Source: Octopus vulgaris
Taxonomy: Eukaryota
Length of the DNA: 64,000 nucleotides
Reading direction: 5' to 3'
Assembly: GCA_951406725.2 (NCBI GenBank)
Contig: OX597818.1
Location: forward strand, 10,664,001 to 10,728,000
The position numbers and the translations under genes are program-made. Below, one piece after another: positions 14,034 through 27,186 of the stretch (position 1 is the stretch's first letter; each line of letters begins with the position of its first letter). The notes under the pieces were generated by a model. The model was not told where the DNA came from and did no database searches. It saw nothing but the letters and a program-made list of their open reading frames with translations.

Positions 14034-14086
14034 GGTCTTACAGCTGTTTCTAGGATATTTATAATAATATCCCTTCATCAGAGACG
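14034..14086 (-). ncRNA. Minimal type-I hammerhead ribozyme motif (intact core)
   Basis: Minus strand: GUCU-CUGAUGA-AGGGAUAUUAUUAUAAAUAUCCUA-GAAA-CAGCUG-UA-AGAC. Stem I GUCU/AGAC, stem II GGAUAU/AUAUCC, palindromic stem III, GUA cleavage triplet. Confidence 0.75.
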
Positions 14087-14171
14087 GTGTGCATCTATTT
14101 TCTTTCCTCCATCTCACTCTCTATTTTGTATCACATCTAAACTAACTATGACTTAACTTTCCTCTCACACC

Positions 14172-14223
14172 GTCTCCAATGAAGGGATATTATTAATAAA
14201 TATCATAGAAACAGCTGTAAGAC
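14172..14223 (+). ncRNA. Hammerhead motif, mutated core (CCAAUGA)
   Basis: gtct-ccaatga-agggatattattaataaatatcata-gaaa-cagctg-ta-agac; the inverted copy of 14034-14086. Confidence 0.55.
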
Positions 14224-14287
14224 CTTCTATCTATAAATGCTCTAATATCTACACACCCTTGGCTTTTTTATCTTATTACGCAAAAAT

Positions 14288-14336
<49 letters not shown>

Positions 14337-14527
14337 TATATATATATATATAATCATTTAACATGTGTTTTCCACGGTGGCATGGATTGGATGGCATGAT
14401 AAAAACTGGCAAGGTCAGGGGCTGTACCAGGTTCCATAGTCTCTTGTTGCTTGGTTTACACACACACACACACACATTGTGTGTATGTAAAGACATGCAT
14501 ATATATATATCTATGTGTATATATATA

Positions 14528-14564
<37 letters not shown>

Positions 14565-14609
14565 CCCTCTCTCTCTTTCGGAGAGGCACAAGCACCTACA
14601 CGTACATGT

Positions 14610-14762
14610 ACACACACGGCAGTAACTTCCACCTACCGAATTCAATCACAAAGCTCCGGTCAGCTCGGGGCTATATTGGAAGACACCTACCCGAAGTGCC
14701 ACGCAGTGGGACTGAACCCGAAACCATATAGCTAGAAAGCAAGCTCCCTAACCACACAGCCA
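14610..14762 (-). mobile_element. Family-B tRNA-derived SINE, 5' part
   Basis: rc of ggctgtgtggttagggagcttgctt...gggttcagtcccactgcgtggcacttcgggtaggtgtcttc; matches 26009. Confidence 0.8.
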
Positions 14763-14999
14763 TATATATGTATATTTGTATATGTATATTCACAATCAAG
14801 GTGCAAAAATGGCATACTCTAAATGAACAAGGTATGTAATCTGATGGTAGAAAGAATTCTGCCCATTAAGTACTTCGAAGTCAGTCAGAAGGCTGGGGGT
14901 CTGTGTGAGCATGCGGTAAATAGTAAATACAAAAAATAATGATGGACTCTCCTGTCATAAGACAATGTATGAGGGTTCAGCAAGAAATTGCTGAACGAA

Positions 15000-15225
15000 C
15001 ACACAGATGATTTGTTTATAATGATCAAATGTTTGTGCACACATGAGCTCACTGCCACAGTCAAATCGGCATTACCTGTACAGGTGCACCATGTGCCACA
15101 TGTGAGATGACGAAATAATTACAGAGCGACATGAAATGAAGTTCTTTGCTCAAGAACACAACACAGCAAATGGAATAGGAATCAAACCTACAATCTCGCA
15201 ATTGTGGGTGCAACACCCTAAAAGC
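15000..15225 (-). mobile_element. tRNA-derived SINE related to family D
   Basis: rc contains tttagggtgttgcacccacaattgcgagattgtaggtttgattcc (tRNA-like head) and gtgttcttgagcaaagaacttcatttc. Confidence 0.7.
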
Positions 15226-15240
15226 AAAGTCATGTATATA

Positions 15241-15281
<41 letters not shown>

Positions 15282-15700
15282 TATAAACATACACAAACAC
15301 ACACACACCTACACACACAGGCACATATCATCATAATTTTAAAGTTAGCTTTTCAATGCTTGCAAGAGACAGAGAGAATTCATTGATGGAGTTTTTCTGT
15401 GGCCAGATAACATTCCTGTCACCAACTATAACCTTTCACCAAGCAGGGTAATATTTCTCCATGGTCCATTTTATGACTATTGTGTACTACCAAGGCAACA
15501 AAATATAATCACACACAAAAACACATGTATATGCTTATATATATATATATGTATATACATAAGTATACATATAATTATATACATTTATGTATATACATAT
15601 ATATATGCATATATATACATATACATATAAGTATATGCATATATATATAAATAAATATATGCATATGTACATATATATATGCATATGTACATATGTATAT

Positions 15701-17058
15701 CATCATCATCATCATCATCGTTTAACGTCTGTTTCCATGCTAGCATGTGTTGGACGGATTGACCGGCATCTGGAAAGCCGAGGCTGCACTAGGCTCCAAT
15801 CTGATCTGGCAGTTTTTCTACAGCTGGATGCCTTTCCTGATGCCAACCACTCCGTGAGTGTAGTGGGTGCATTTTACATGCCACCAGAACAGGTTCCAGG
15901 GGAGGCTGGCAATAAACACGATCGGTTGGTGCTTTGTATGTGCCACCAGCATGGAATCCAGTCAAGATGGTGCTGGCATTGGCCAAGTTCAGATGGTGCT
16001 TTTTACATGCCACTGGCATGGGTATCAGAACTACAATTTCCATTTGTTTTTTATTTTGATGTTGATGTACTTGACTCAATAAGTCTCCTCAAGCACAGCA
16101 GGTCACCCTACAATGCAAGGTAAGCACAGCAGGCCGTCCTGCGATTCAAGGTACTTTGAATGGGCTGGGGCTTCTATGTGAACTGGTGCAGGAAACAGCC
16201 ATGAACTCACATTATTTGTTGGGCCTTCGCACTCACAGCATATCTCCAGAGGTCTCAGTCTTTTGTCATTACCTCTGTGAGGCCCAACGTTCAAAGATCA
16301 TGCTTAACCACCTCATCCCATGTCTTCCTAGGTCTACCTCTACCCCAGATTCCTTCATCTGTTTGGGAGTGGCACTTCTTCACACATCTCTCCTCATCCA
16401 TCCATAGTACATGACCATACCAATGCAAACGTCTCTCTTCCATGCCACATCTGATGCTTCTTATGTCCAGCATTTCTCTCAAGGTGCTTACACTCTGTCA
16501 TATGTGCACACTGACATTACACATCCAGTGGTTCATGCTAGCTTCATTTCTTTCAGGCCTAAGCATCACCCCTGCAGTCATAGCCCCGTGAAGCATGGCA
16601 GTTTGCACACATGCGTCGTACAGTCTACATTTCACTCTGAACAAGAGACCCTTTGTCACCAGTAGGGGTAGAAGCTTTCTAAATTTTGCCCAGGCTATTT
16701 GTATTCTAGTGGTAACACTCGCTGAACATCCGCCTCCACTATTAACTTGGTCACCTAGGTAGCAGAAACTATCAACTATTTCTAGTTTATCCCCCTCAAG
16801 TGTGATGGAATCTGTTTTCTGAGTATCTATGGTGTCTATTGCCCCTGTGCATCTGCCGCACGCGAAAGCTATCTTCTCGGTAAATTTTCCTTTGATGTTG
16901 CTGCACCTCTTATGCATCCATAGCTTACACTGGGTACATTTTATGAAGTTTCTACCTACACCTTTTCTACAGATCGAGCAGGGCCACCTACTTGAGGGTG
17001 TGTGTAATGAGGCTGACTTCCTACTTACTATAACATTGGTCTTTGCTACATTGACACT
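15701..17058 (-). mobile_element. 5'-truncated RTE-clade LINE: RT C-terminus with embedded PHD-type finger, 3' UTR and (GAT)n tail
   Basis: ORF 16498-17238 gives VNVAKTNVIV...RWPCSICRKGVGRNFIKCTQCKLWMHKRCSNI...FACGRC...EIVDSFCYLGDQVNSGGGC...RIQIAWAKFRKLLPLL. ORF 16291-16482 gives ERRLHWYGHVLWM...GRGRPRKTWDEVVKHDL. Confidence 0.92.
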
Positions 17059-17060
17059 AC

Positions 17061-17098
<38 letters not shown>

Positions 17099-17284
17099 AT
17101 CTTTACCATTTGACGTACAGATTTAAAAAATAATTTTTTGTAACTAAACACTTTCACACTTCGGACACATGCATATATATGTATAGGCTTGTAGATGTAT
17201 TTGCATATATATATATATACTAGCTGAAGGTGACCCACTCTACGCGCGGGTAAGAGTGTGGTTGTTACTTTCTGTTACTTCCTT

Positions 17285-17577
17285 TCAGCACGTAAAAAGC
17301 ACCATCCGAACGTGGCGGATTGCAGCGCCGCCTTGACTGGCTTCTGTGCTGGTGGCACATAAAAAGCACCAACCAATCGTGGCCACTGTCAGCCCCCCTG
17401 GCACCTGTGCCGGCAGCACGAAAAAAGCACCCACTAGCTCATAGAGTGGTTGGCGTTAGGAAGGGCATCCACCTGTAGAAACACTGCCAGATCAGACTGG
17501 AGCCTGGTGCAGCCTCCTGGCTTCCCAGACCCCGATCAAACTGTCCAACCCGTGCTAGCGGAAAACAGACGTTAAAC

Positions 17578-17610
<33 letters not shown>
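17285..17610 (+). mobile_element. Family-C element (RTE-tail SINE / LINE 3' UTR) nested in the Helitron
   Basis: Repeated gcacgtaaaaagcacc units, gtggttggcgttaggaagggcatcc motif, and gacgttaaac(gat)n tail shared with the RTE at 15701. Confidence 0.85.
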
Positions 17611-17611
<1 letters not shown>

Positions 17612-17914
17612 CTCCCTCCTTTCTCTCTCACTTTCCCACTCTTACTCTTCCTTTCTCTCGGACTCTCCCTCGCTTTCTCTTACTCTCTATCTTTATCTAT
17701 CTCTCTCCCATTTATAAACAACAAAAGATCTTGAGTAAGTTGAGAAATAAAATATTTAGAAAGATCAATCATAAATATCAGGCAGTAACAACGGAAAGGT
17801 CTGCTTCAAGGCAGACAGCAAAACACTAACATTTAAAAGGGACAGACGAAATTGCGAGATGAATAAAAATAATAAAATATTGGAAACCAAAGTTTGAAGG
17901 GATAGAATTTGAGG

Positions 17915-18170
17915 ATAGTAGAGTCACCATGGCTGGCATTTCTTAATGACGGACAGCAACGTATTGACAGTTTAACAGCTGGCGTAAAATTTTGAACTTG
18001 ATGTAAAAGAAAATCCCTAAACACCAAATTTTGAATTGATTCTTTCTCACGACAGTAGACTCACCAATGGCAAGCATTCAAAACTTCTTCATCATGGATG
18101 GCAACACATTGATGATTAAAAGGCTGGCGCAAATTTTTTAGCTTGATGTAACAGAGAATTGCTAAACACC
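17915..18170. repeat. Two diverged ~135-bp direct repeats inside the Helitron
   Basis: tcaccatggc...gctggcgtaaaattttgaacttgatgtaaaag...ctaaacacc versus tcaccaatggc...gctggcgcaaattttttagcttgatgtaacag...ctaaacacc. Confidence 0.8.
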
Positions 18171-19197
18171 CGCTGCTTTAAATTTTAATCCCCTTCAAGC
18201 CCCATTTAGACCCCTTTTCACATTTTAGTTAATATAACCCGATTTCATTCGGGTCTACTGGGGCCACATTTTATAAGATGAGGAATTTTGTCCTAGAGGT
18301 CACGCCTTTCATTTGAGGAAAAAAATAGTTGTCATGCAAACTTGCCAGCACTTTTAACATAGGTGTGCATATTTTCAGCTCAACCGACCACATAATGCAC
18401 ACATCATATATATATATGTATATGTGTGTGTGTGTGTGTGTGTGTTGGAGTGTCTCTCATACGTGAGCGTTGACGCTGAATTGGACTGGTAAGCAGGTAA
18501 CCTTGTCTTTGTTGAAATAGTTGTGAGCTGCTGGAGTTATTTCTCTGATGGGTAATAAGAATTTCCATATCCTCCGAGGAAACGAACTGTTGACCCAGAC
18601 AATTAGACTTAATTGTAATAAAAGCATCAATTTAAGAAAAAATAATAAAGTAGTAAAAAATGAAAATTTAGCACGAAAAATTTGCAGGGTTCTAAATAAA
18701 TGTTAAAATGTAATAGATACGAAAAAACCTATGTTATCACCAGAACACAAACGCTCGGCGCGTTGACAGGTAGACAATAGAATGCGATGGCGATGGCGAT
18801 GGAATATTTGTTTCTCTCTATGAATGCAGACAGATACATAAGTGAAAGTTATGGGAAGGTAAGAAATAGAGTGAGTGAAAATGTGCTGGGAAGAGAGGAA
18901 ACAGCGAGAGTGAGTTGAGGAAGACAGATACATTAAATAACGGGAGTGGACTTGTCAAAGTTATTTTTGAAGGGGAGTTAGAGGGGAATGGAGGAAATAG
19001 CGTGAGTGAGGAAGATGGCCCCTAGCAACCACACCTTTTAAGATAGGGATTTCTAAGGTAGCCCACGGGCATCGTCACCTCATTTTACATGTCCCTGTAA
19101 ATTTTGGAGCGAATTGGACGGGATGTTGTGGCAATGAAAGCGAGCCAAGCAGTAAAAACACATTTCAGTTTTATATATAGAGATGTAGAGAGAGAGA

Positions 19198-19435
19198 GAG
19201 AGAGTGCAGTGTGCGACAAACAGAAGTGAGAGAACTGCTTGAGTTGCCTAATAGTGGTTTTATCTCTAACTGTATATATATATATATATGCATATATATG
19301 CATATATATATATGCAAATATATTCATATATATATGCATATGTATGCATATTTATATATATATATCTTTATATATATATATATATATGCATAAATATATA
19401 TGCATGTATTTATATACATATATATATATATATGC

Positions 19436-19467
<32 letters not shown>

Positions 19468-19763
19468 GAGTATATATATGTGCATATATATAGATATATA
19501 CATAAATAGATTTATAATTATCCATATATTTATACATATTTATGTCTATGTCCATGTGTAAATATATCATCATGAATATAGATATTTATATATGTGTGTG
19601 TCTGTTTGTATTCTATGTTTCATGTATATGTATATATGCCTATGTATATGCGTAATGTGTGTGTGTGTGTGAGTGTAAATATATGTTTGATGAATAATAG
19701 ATGAACCACAAAGACACAGGTGAGAGAGTGCAGTGTGTGACAAACAGAAGTGAGAGAACTGCT
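19198..19763. repeat. ~42-bp direct repeat flanking a short element end plus microsatellite
   Basis: gagagagtgcagtgtg(c/t)gacaaacagaagtgagagaactgct at ~19198-19239 and ~19722-19763. Confidence 0.85.
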
Positions 19764-20129
19764 ATCATCCTTAGTCATACCAGCAGTATAATGCAGTGTG
19801 ATTGATATTTGGACAAGTGGTTTGCAAACGTTTAAGTGAGGCATAGGTGCTAGGAGCACAAGTAAAAGAGATAAAAACACAGGTGAAAGATATATTTATG
19901 ACAGTGTTTATAGGCAATAGACAGATGAGTGACAGCGATATATAATGCTGGAGTCAGGAAATAGTAGGGCAAGTTATATAGGTGTTAGACATGTGAGAGA
20001 GGCTGTCGGAGAGGTCAGTCCTGGAGACTATGTACACATACATGCACACCAATACATATGTACATTTGCTTAGCAATACATGATTGTATGTGTGCAAATA
20101 TAACTAACATGACTTTAGTACCCATTCAG

Positions 20130-21625
<1,496 letters not shown>

Positions 21626-21737
21626 ATATATATATCTATGTCTAAAGGAATAATTGTATATACACAAATATCTATACACATTTATGAATATAAATCTATA
21701 TATATGTGTGTGTATGTATATTTATATATGTATATAT

Positions 21738-21794
<57 letters not shown>

Positions 21795-21844
21795 TGTATA
21801 TATGTGTGTGTATGTATATATGCACCTATGTGTGTGTGTGTGTG

Positions 21845-21903
<59 letters not shown>

Positions 21904-22666
21904 GCGTTTTGTATAAATACATCATCTTCTCATTGACATAATCTAGTGTCCATGTACCATGCTGGCATAGGTTGGATGGCTTGACAGGTCCAAGGAATAC
22001 ATTGTGCTCCATTACATATTTTGACATGGTCTCTATAGCTAGATGCCTTTCTGAACACCAACCATTTTAAACTGTGTCCTGGACCAGCCCTTGTGTGATC
22101 ACTATGTAGCAGGCAAGACTACAAACCCTGAGAGAAGTGGCCTTATGCTAGAAGATGAGGGATTAATGTATGATAGAAGCACCAAGAGCAAAAATGGTTT
22201 CTTGCTATTAAGGAGCTACATGGCAAATCACATTTTTGAAAGGTCAGGGTAATCGGGCTGGAGCTGGGAAAAGACAAAAAGAATGGTGAGGAGGTATCTG
22301 TGTCTTTCAAGGTATGATGTGAACAGAAGTGCATGGGGACAGAAGATCCAGGTATATGGATGGATGGATGGATGGATGGGTAGAGGTTACAAGAATATAT
22401 GAGAGTGAGAGATGAGGTATGTGTCAGAGTGTTTATATAATGAAGGAAGAAGAAGCATTGAGTGGATAAATAGGAGGAGAAAGGAAGTGTAGGTGACAAC
22501 TGTAGAGATTGCATTGGGTGAATGTTGGATAAGGGGTAGGGGTAACCAATGATGCAGAATAGTAGGGATGATACAGTAGACAAGAGAAGAATTAGAGAGA
22601 AAAAAAGATAGATGATGAATGGCTGGATAGGTTGCAAAAGTGTGTGGAAAGAGAGAAAAATGTATA

Positions 22667-22705
<39 letters not shown>

Positions 22706-23235
22706 TGTAATATACATTTGTGCATATGTATGTACATATATATACATATATTGTAATATACATTTGTGCATGTATGTATGTGAAAATATATATATATGTG
22801 TGTGTACGTATATCTATATGTACACATGTATGTCTGTACATAGAAATATATAGGCATATGTGTGTGTATGTATTTGTGTGTGTGTATATGTGTTTATTCA
22901 TCTATATATGTGATTACGTGTATATGCATCAGTATGTAAATGTAAATGTGTATCATCATTATTTAACATCCGCATGCATACATGTTTGCCTGTGTATGCA
23001 TGCATATATATATGTATATATATATATATATATAGTCACACATATATAGGGGATATGTGTGTATATATATGTATATAACTTTATACATATGTGTATGTGT
23101 GCATAGATATGCATGTAGATGTGTATCTGTATGTGTGTGTGTATACTTACATATACATATAATGTACATGTGTGTGTGTATGTGTATATGTAGGATATAT
23201 ATACATATTTGGATATATATATATATGTGTGTATA

Positions 23236-23287
<52 letters not shown>

Positions 23288-23411
23288 TACATATATACAT
23301 ATTTGTGTATGCATAACTCTATGTTGATGTGTATATATGTGTGTATGTGTGTGTGTATATATATATATATATACACACACATACATATCTTTGTATGCAT
23401 AAATGTAGGTA

Positions 23412-23451
<40 letters not shown>

Positions 23452-24020
23452 ATCTTATATGAAATCAGCTTGATGACTTGTAAAAACAAATCAATAAGAT
23501 GATACAACACACCCATTCCTTGAGATATTTGAACTGTAAAAGCTCCAAGGATTCAAACATTTTTCTTTAGGCAGGGAAGAAAAACATAAACAGCAAAAAT
23601 AAAATAAATAAATAAAATAAATAAATGGAGAAAGATAGCAAGGAAGAAAGGTTGTAAGAACACAATCAAAGAGAAAGAGAGAGTATTGACAGAAGAATGA
23701 TAATACCTTCAAAGAGAAAGGAAATAGCATTGAAGGATGTTGGGCGTTTTAGATTCTGTAGAATCATACATCAGCCTTTTTAGTTCAACAAAGCCAAGCA
23801 GTAACCATCTGCTGGGAGCAGTCAGAACTGGTTTCTTTGAGATATGACAACGGACATACAACTGAAAGATTCTTCACAGACATCAAGCATCCTTATTAGA
23901 GATGAAAAAGTGATTCCGTTCTTTATGTTTTTTTCTCTAACTCAATGGCCGAATGAGAATCATTGTCGTCACTTGGTCAACACAAACATTTTATACTTGA
24001 AATGTATATACATATGTAAA

Positions 24021-24286
24021 TATGTGAACCTTGCATAGAACTACATGTTAAACACATACGTATACATAAATCATATATATATGAACATATATATATACAT
24101 GTATGTATGTATGTGCACAAGTGCACATATATATATATATATATATGTGTATATGTCTGTACATGTATGTACATGTATATGTATGTGTATGTATGTGTAT
24201 ATGCACATATATATGTGTGTATGTCTGTATGTACGTATAAGTATGTTTATGTATATGTATGTATGTGTATATATGTATGTGCATAC

Positions 24287-24343
<57 letters not shown>

Positions 24344-24378
24344 TAGATATATATATGTATATATATATATACTTTGGG

Positions 24379-24417
<39 letters not shown>

Positions 24418-24454
24418 ACACACACGAACATACATATGTGCATATGCACATACA

Positions 24455-24488
<34 letters not shown>

Positions 24489-24556
24489 TCATATATGTAT
24501 GATGTATGTATGCATATGTATGTATTTAACATGTAGTTCTATGCAAGGTTCACATA
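24021..24556. repeat. Perfect 32-bp inverted repeat bracketing ~470 bp of microsatellite
   Basis: tatgtgaaccttgcatagaactacatgttaaa (24021-24052) / tttaacatgtagttctatgcaaggttcacata (24525-24556). Looser similarity continues ~45 bp inward. Confidence 0.9.
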
Positions 24557-25214
24557 CATATATCTGTGTATATATATATATTTATATATATATATATATA
24601 TACATATGTATGTATGTGTGTGTGTTTGCATATATATAGTATGTGTTAGCAATTATATTTTCACATGTATGAATATGCATATATATATGTATATATATAC
24701 ATATATGTGTGTGTGTATGTATATATATATATATATATAACTATGGTTGGCATATGATATATATATATATATAGCTATGGTTCATATAATCTATTACATA
24801 ATCATAAGTTTCTCATTTATCAGCTTCTACTTATTGAATAGATTACATTTTTTTAATAGAATCAGAATAATACTCATCATACATTTGGGCTGAAAGATTG
24901 TTCATGCTGTATGTGTATGCATGCTTGTTACTGAATTTATATGTATATAGTACTCACTACATTTCCCTGTTTATATTGCTGTTGAATAACAGACAATCTC
25001 ATCTAATATTTACTTTTTAAAATCTCAGCTCATTCACAAATTTATTATTGATATACACAAACACTATAAACGTATGTGTGAGTGTGTGTGTATTTATGTA
25101 TGTATATTTAATGACAGCTTGACTGTTATAAGGATATATATAACTCCTACGAAATCTGTTGAGTGTCACTTTGTTCACTCACATCATTCATATATATGTA
25201 TGCGTGTATGTATT

Positions 25215-25245
<31 letters not shown>

Positions 25246-25458
25246 GTGTGTGTGTATATATATATATATATAAATGTATGTACGTATATATATGTGTGTG
25301 TGTTTGTGTGTGTATATAGATAGATAGATGTACATAGCTGTGTGAATTGAAGCTTGCTTCCCAACCAAATGATTCTAGGTTCAGTCCAGTTGTGTGGAAC
25401 CTTGGGTGAACCAAACCCTTGTGAAAGGATTTGGTAGACAGAAACTGAAAGAAGCCTT

Positions 25459-25786
25459 ACATTATTTGCATTTGATGGATATTTGTCCTCATCTTGTTTG
25501 TTGTTAACACAACGTTTCGGCTGATATACCCTCCAGCCTTCATCAGGTGTCTTGGGGAAATTTCAAACCTGGGTTGAAAAAAAAGGTATTTTTCAATATT
25601 ATTATTATTATTATTATTTTATTCAGGTCACTGCCTGGAATTGAACTTGGAATCTTGGGGTTAGTAGCCCATGCTCTTAACCACATACGGGCATATGGCG
25701 TAGTGGTTAAGAGTGCAGGCTACTAACCCTGAGATTCCAAGTTCGATTCGGGGCAGTGACCTGAATGATAATATCGAAAAATACCT
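25459..25786. mobile_element. tRNA-headed, hammerhead-containing element with inverted 5' duplication (arms 25584-25684 / 25703-25786)
   Basis: Plus head 25689-25760 has A-box tggcgtagtggtt, anticodon-like loop CT-ACT-AA and B-box gttcgattc (25741-25749). The minus copy reads head > (AAT)n > hammerhead > 3' tail. Confidence 0.8.
25506..25551 (-). ncRNA. Minimal type-I hammerhead ribozyme motif (intact core)
   Basis: Minus strand: GACAC-CUGAUGA-A-GGCUG-GAGGGUAUAU-CAGCC-GAAA-CG-UU-GUGUU. Perfect 5-bp stem II; stem III reduced to the palindrome AACGUU. Confidence 0.8.
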
Positions 25787-25963
25787 GGTGTGTTTACATC
25801 GTCAATCTCAAAAGAGATTGAAAGAATAAATATCAGGCTTAAAGGAAAGGTAGTAGGGCAGATTCATTTGACTGAAATTTTTCAAGTCGGTGCCCCAGCA
25901 TGGCCCTAGTCTGATGACTGAAACAAGTAAAATGTAATAGCTCTCTCTCAATGTATATATATG

Positions 25964-25998
<35 letters not shown>

Positions 25999-26008
25999 TC
26001 ATATACAT

Positions 26009-26430
26009 AGGCATAGGAGTGGCTGTGTGGTAAGTAGCTTGCTTACCAGCCACATGGTTCCGGGTTCAGTCCCACTGCGTGGCCCCTTAGGCAAGTGTCT
26101 TCTACTATAGCCTCGGGTTGACCAAAGCCTTGTGAGTAGATTTGGTAGATGGAAACTGAAAGAAGCCCGTCATATATATGTATATATATATATATGTGTG
26201 TGTGTGTATATGTTTGTGTGTCTGTGTTTGTCCCCCCAACATCGCTTGACAACCAATGGTGGTGTGTTTACGTCCCCGTAACTTAGCAGTTCAGCAAAAG
26301 AGACTGATAGAATAAGTACTAGGCTTACAAAGAATAAGTCCTGGAGTTGATTTGCTCGACTAAAGGCAGTGCTCCAGCATGGCCACAGGCAAATAACTGA
26401 AACAAATAAAAGAGTAAAAGACAGTAAAAG
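26009..26430 (+). mobile_element. Near full-length family-B tRNA-derived (CORE-like) SINE with internal (TA)/(TG) tract
   Basis: A-box tggctgtgtggtaag, B-box-like ggttcagtccc, CORE-like ccttaggcaagtgtc, A-rich gtaaaaga tail. Confidence 0.88.
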
Positions 26431-26449
26431 AGATACACACACACAAATG

Positions 26450-26900
26450 AGGTGAGTGTTAGGCCCTTGGTGTTCTGGGATGCACTGATAAAGCAATTTG
26501 CTACATACACTTTAGGAAACCAGCCAAACACCTTATCGCCCAATCTGGCAAAAACACACAAGCCAGACAGATTACATTTGTACTAGAAGACGGGAGAGAA
26601 GGACTGTTATATCTACCAAAGCCTTTCCTGATAAAGAATGCACTATGTAACACAGATTAGTGGCAAGTGGCTTCAGAGTCATTGCTAGGAAATTAATCAG
26701 AACATTCTAAAGGAAAATATGGAAACTAAAAGATCCGACAATTGGGAATAGATTTAGAACTTCTAAACTGACTGCACAGAGGAAGTCTTAGATACTTGTA
26801 GTATAGATGACAACTGAGAATTTCTATGAAATAAGCCGCTTAAGGTTATGCATCAAACATGGAGCTGAAGCAAAGTCTCTCACAGAAACCTGTCTCTTTC
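26450..26900 (+). mobile_element. RTE LINE fragment (end of APE endonuclease and linker)
   Basis: Frameshifted translation HFRKPAKHLI..SG...SQTDYICTRRRE...KAFPDKEC..HRLV..F...RKIWKLKDP. Confidence 0.75.
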
Positions 26901-27186
26901 AAGCTTAGGTTGCCAATTCAGTAATCTAAAGCCAGAAAGAGATTGGTTTCTGTTAGCAGTCCACGAAACTTTAAGTTGCATAGAGCCTAATCAAACTGTT
27001 TTAAATAATAATAATACATGTAACTCCTATCAAATGTATTGTGTGCCCATTTCTTTCATTTCTCCACTGATTCCTATATATATATATATATTTTTTTTAT
27101 AAGCTTAAAGCTTATAAGCAATCACCATGCATTGACTAAAATAAATAGTCTATATGTTGAGGTATATAAGCCCCTGATGGAAAAAA

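Larger units (their letters stand above)
13970..14288. mobile_element. Fold-back Penelope-pLTR-like element: ~120-bp inverted arms (13970-14091 / 14166-14288), each with a hammerhead motif, abutting (TA)n
   Basis: Arms are reverse complements with scattered mismatches. The hammerhead core reads outward in both arms. Confidence 0.8.
17220..19183 (-). mobile_element. Non-autonomous Helitron with nested insertions
   Basis: Minus-strand 5' end A|TCTCTATATATAAAACTG at 19183. 3' end has a GC-rich hairpin (acccactctacgcgcgggt, 17233-17251) ~10 bp before CTAG|T at 17220. AT target, no TSD. Confidence 0.75.
25335..25940 (+). mobile_element. Family-B SINE split by the tRNA-head/hammerhead element (5' part 25335-25458, 3' part 25787-25940)
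   Basis: 5' gctgtgtg...gcttgcttcccaacc...ggtagacagaaactgaaagaagcc. 3' ggtgtgtttacatc...cagcatggcc...tgactgaaacaagtaaaa. Confidence 0.75.

Noticed and set aside
14841-14882. Hammerhead-like string CTGATGG...CTTCGAAGTC
   Set aside because: Lacks A9 and the GAAA strand; not annotated as a ribozyme.
23700-24000. Possible minus-strand exon (donor GAAG|gtatta)
   Set aside because: All three frames contain stops and the acceptor is weak.
25689-25760. Possible tRNA-Ser(ACT) gene
   Set aside because: The acceptor stem does not close, there is no long variable arm, and it is duplicated inside a repeat; treated as a SINE-type head.
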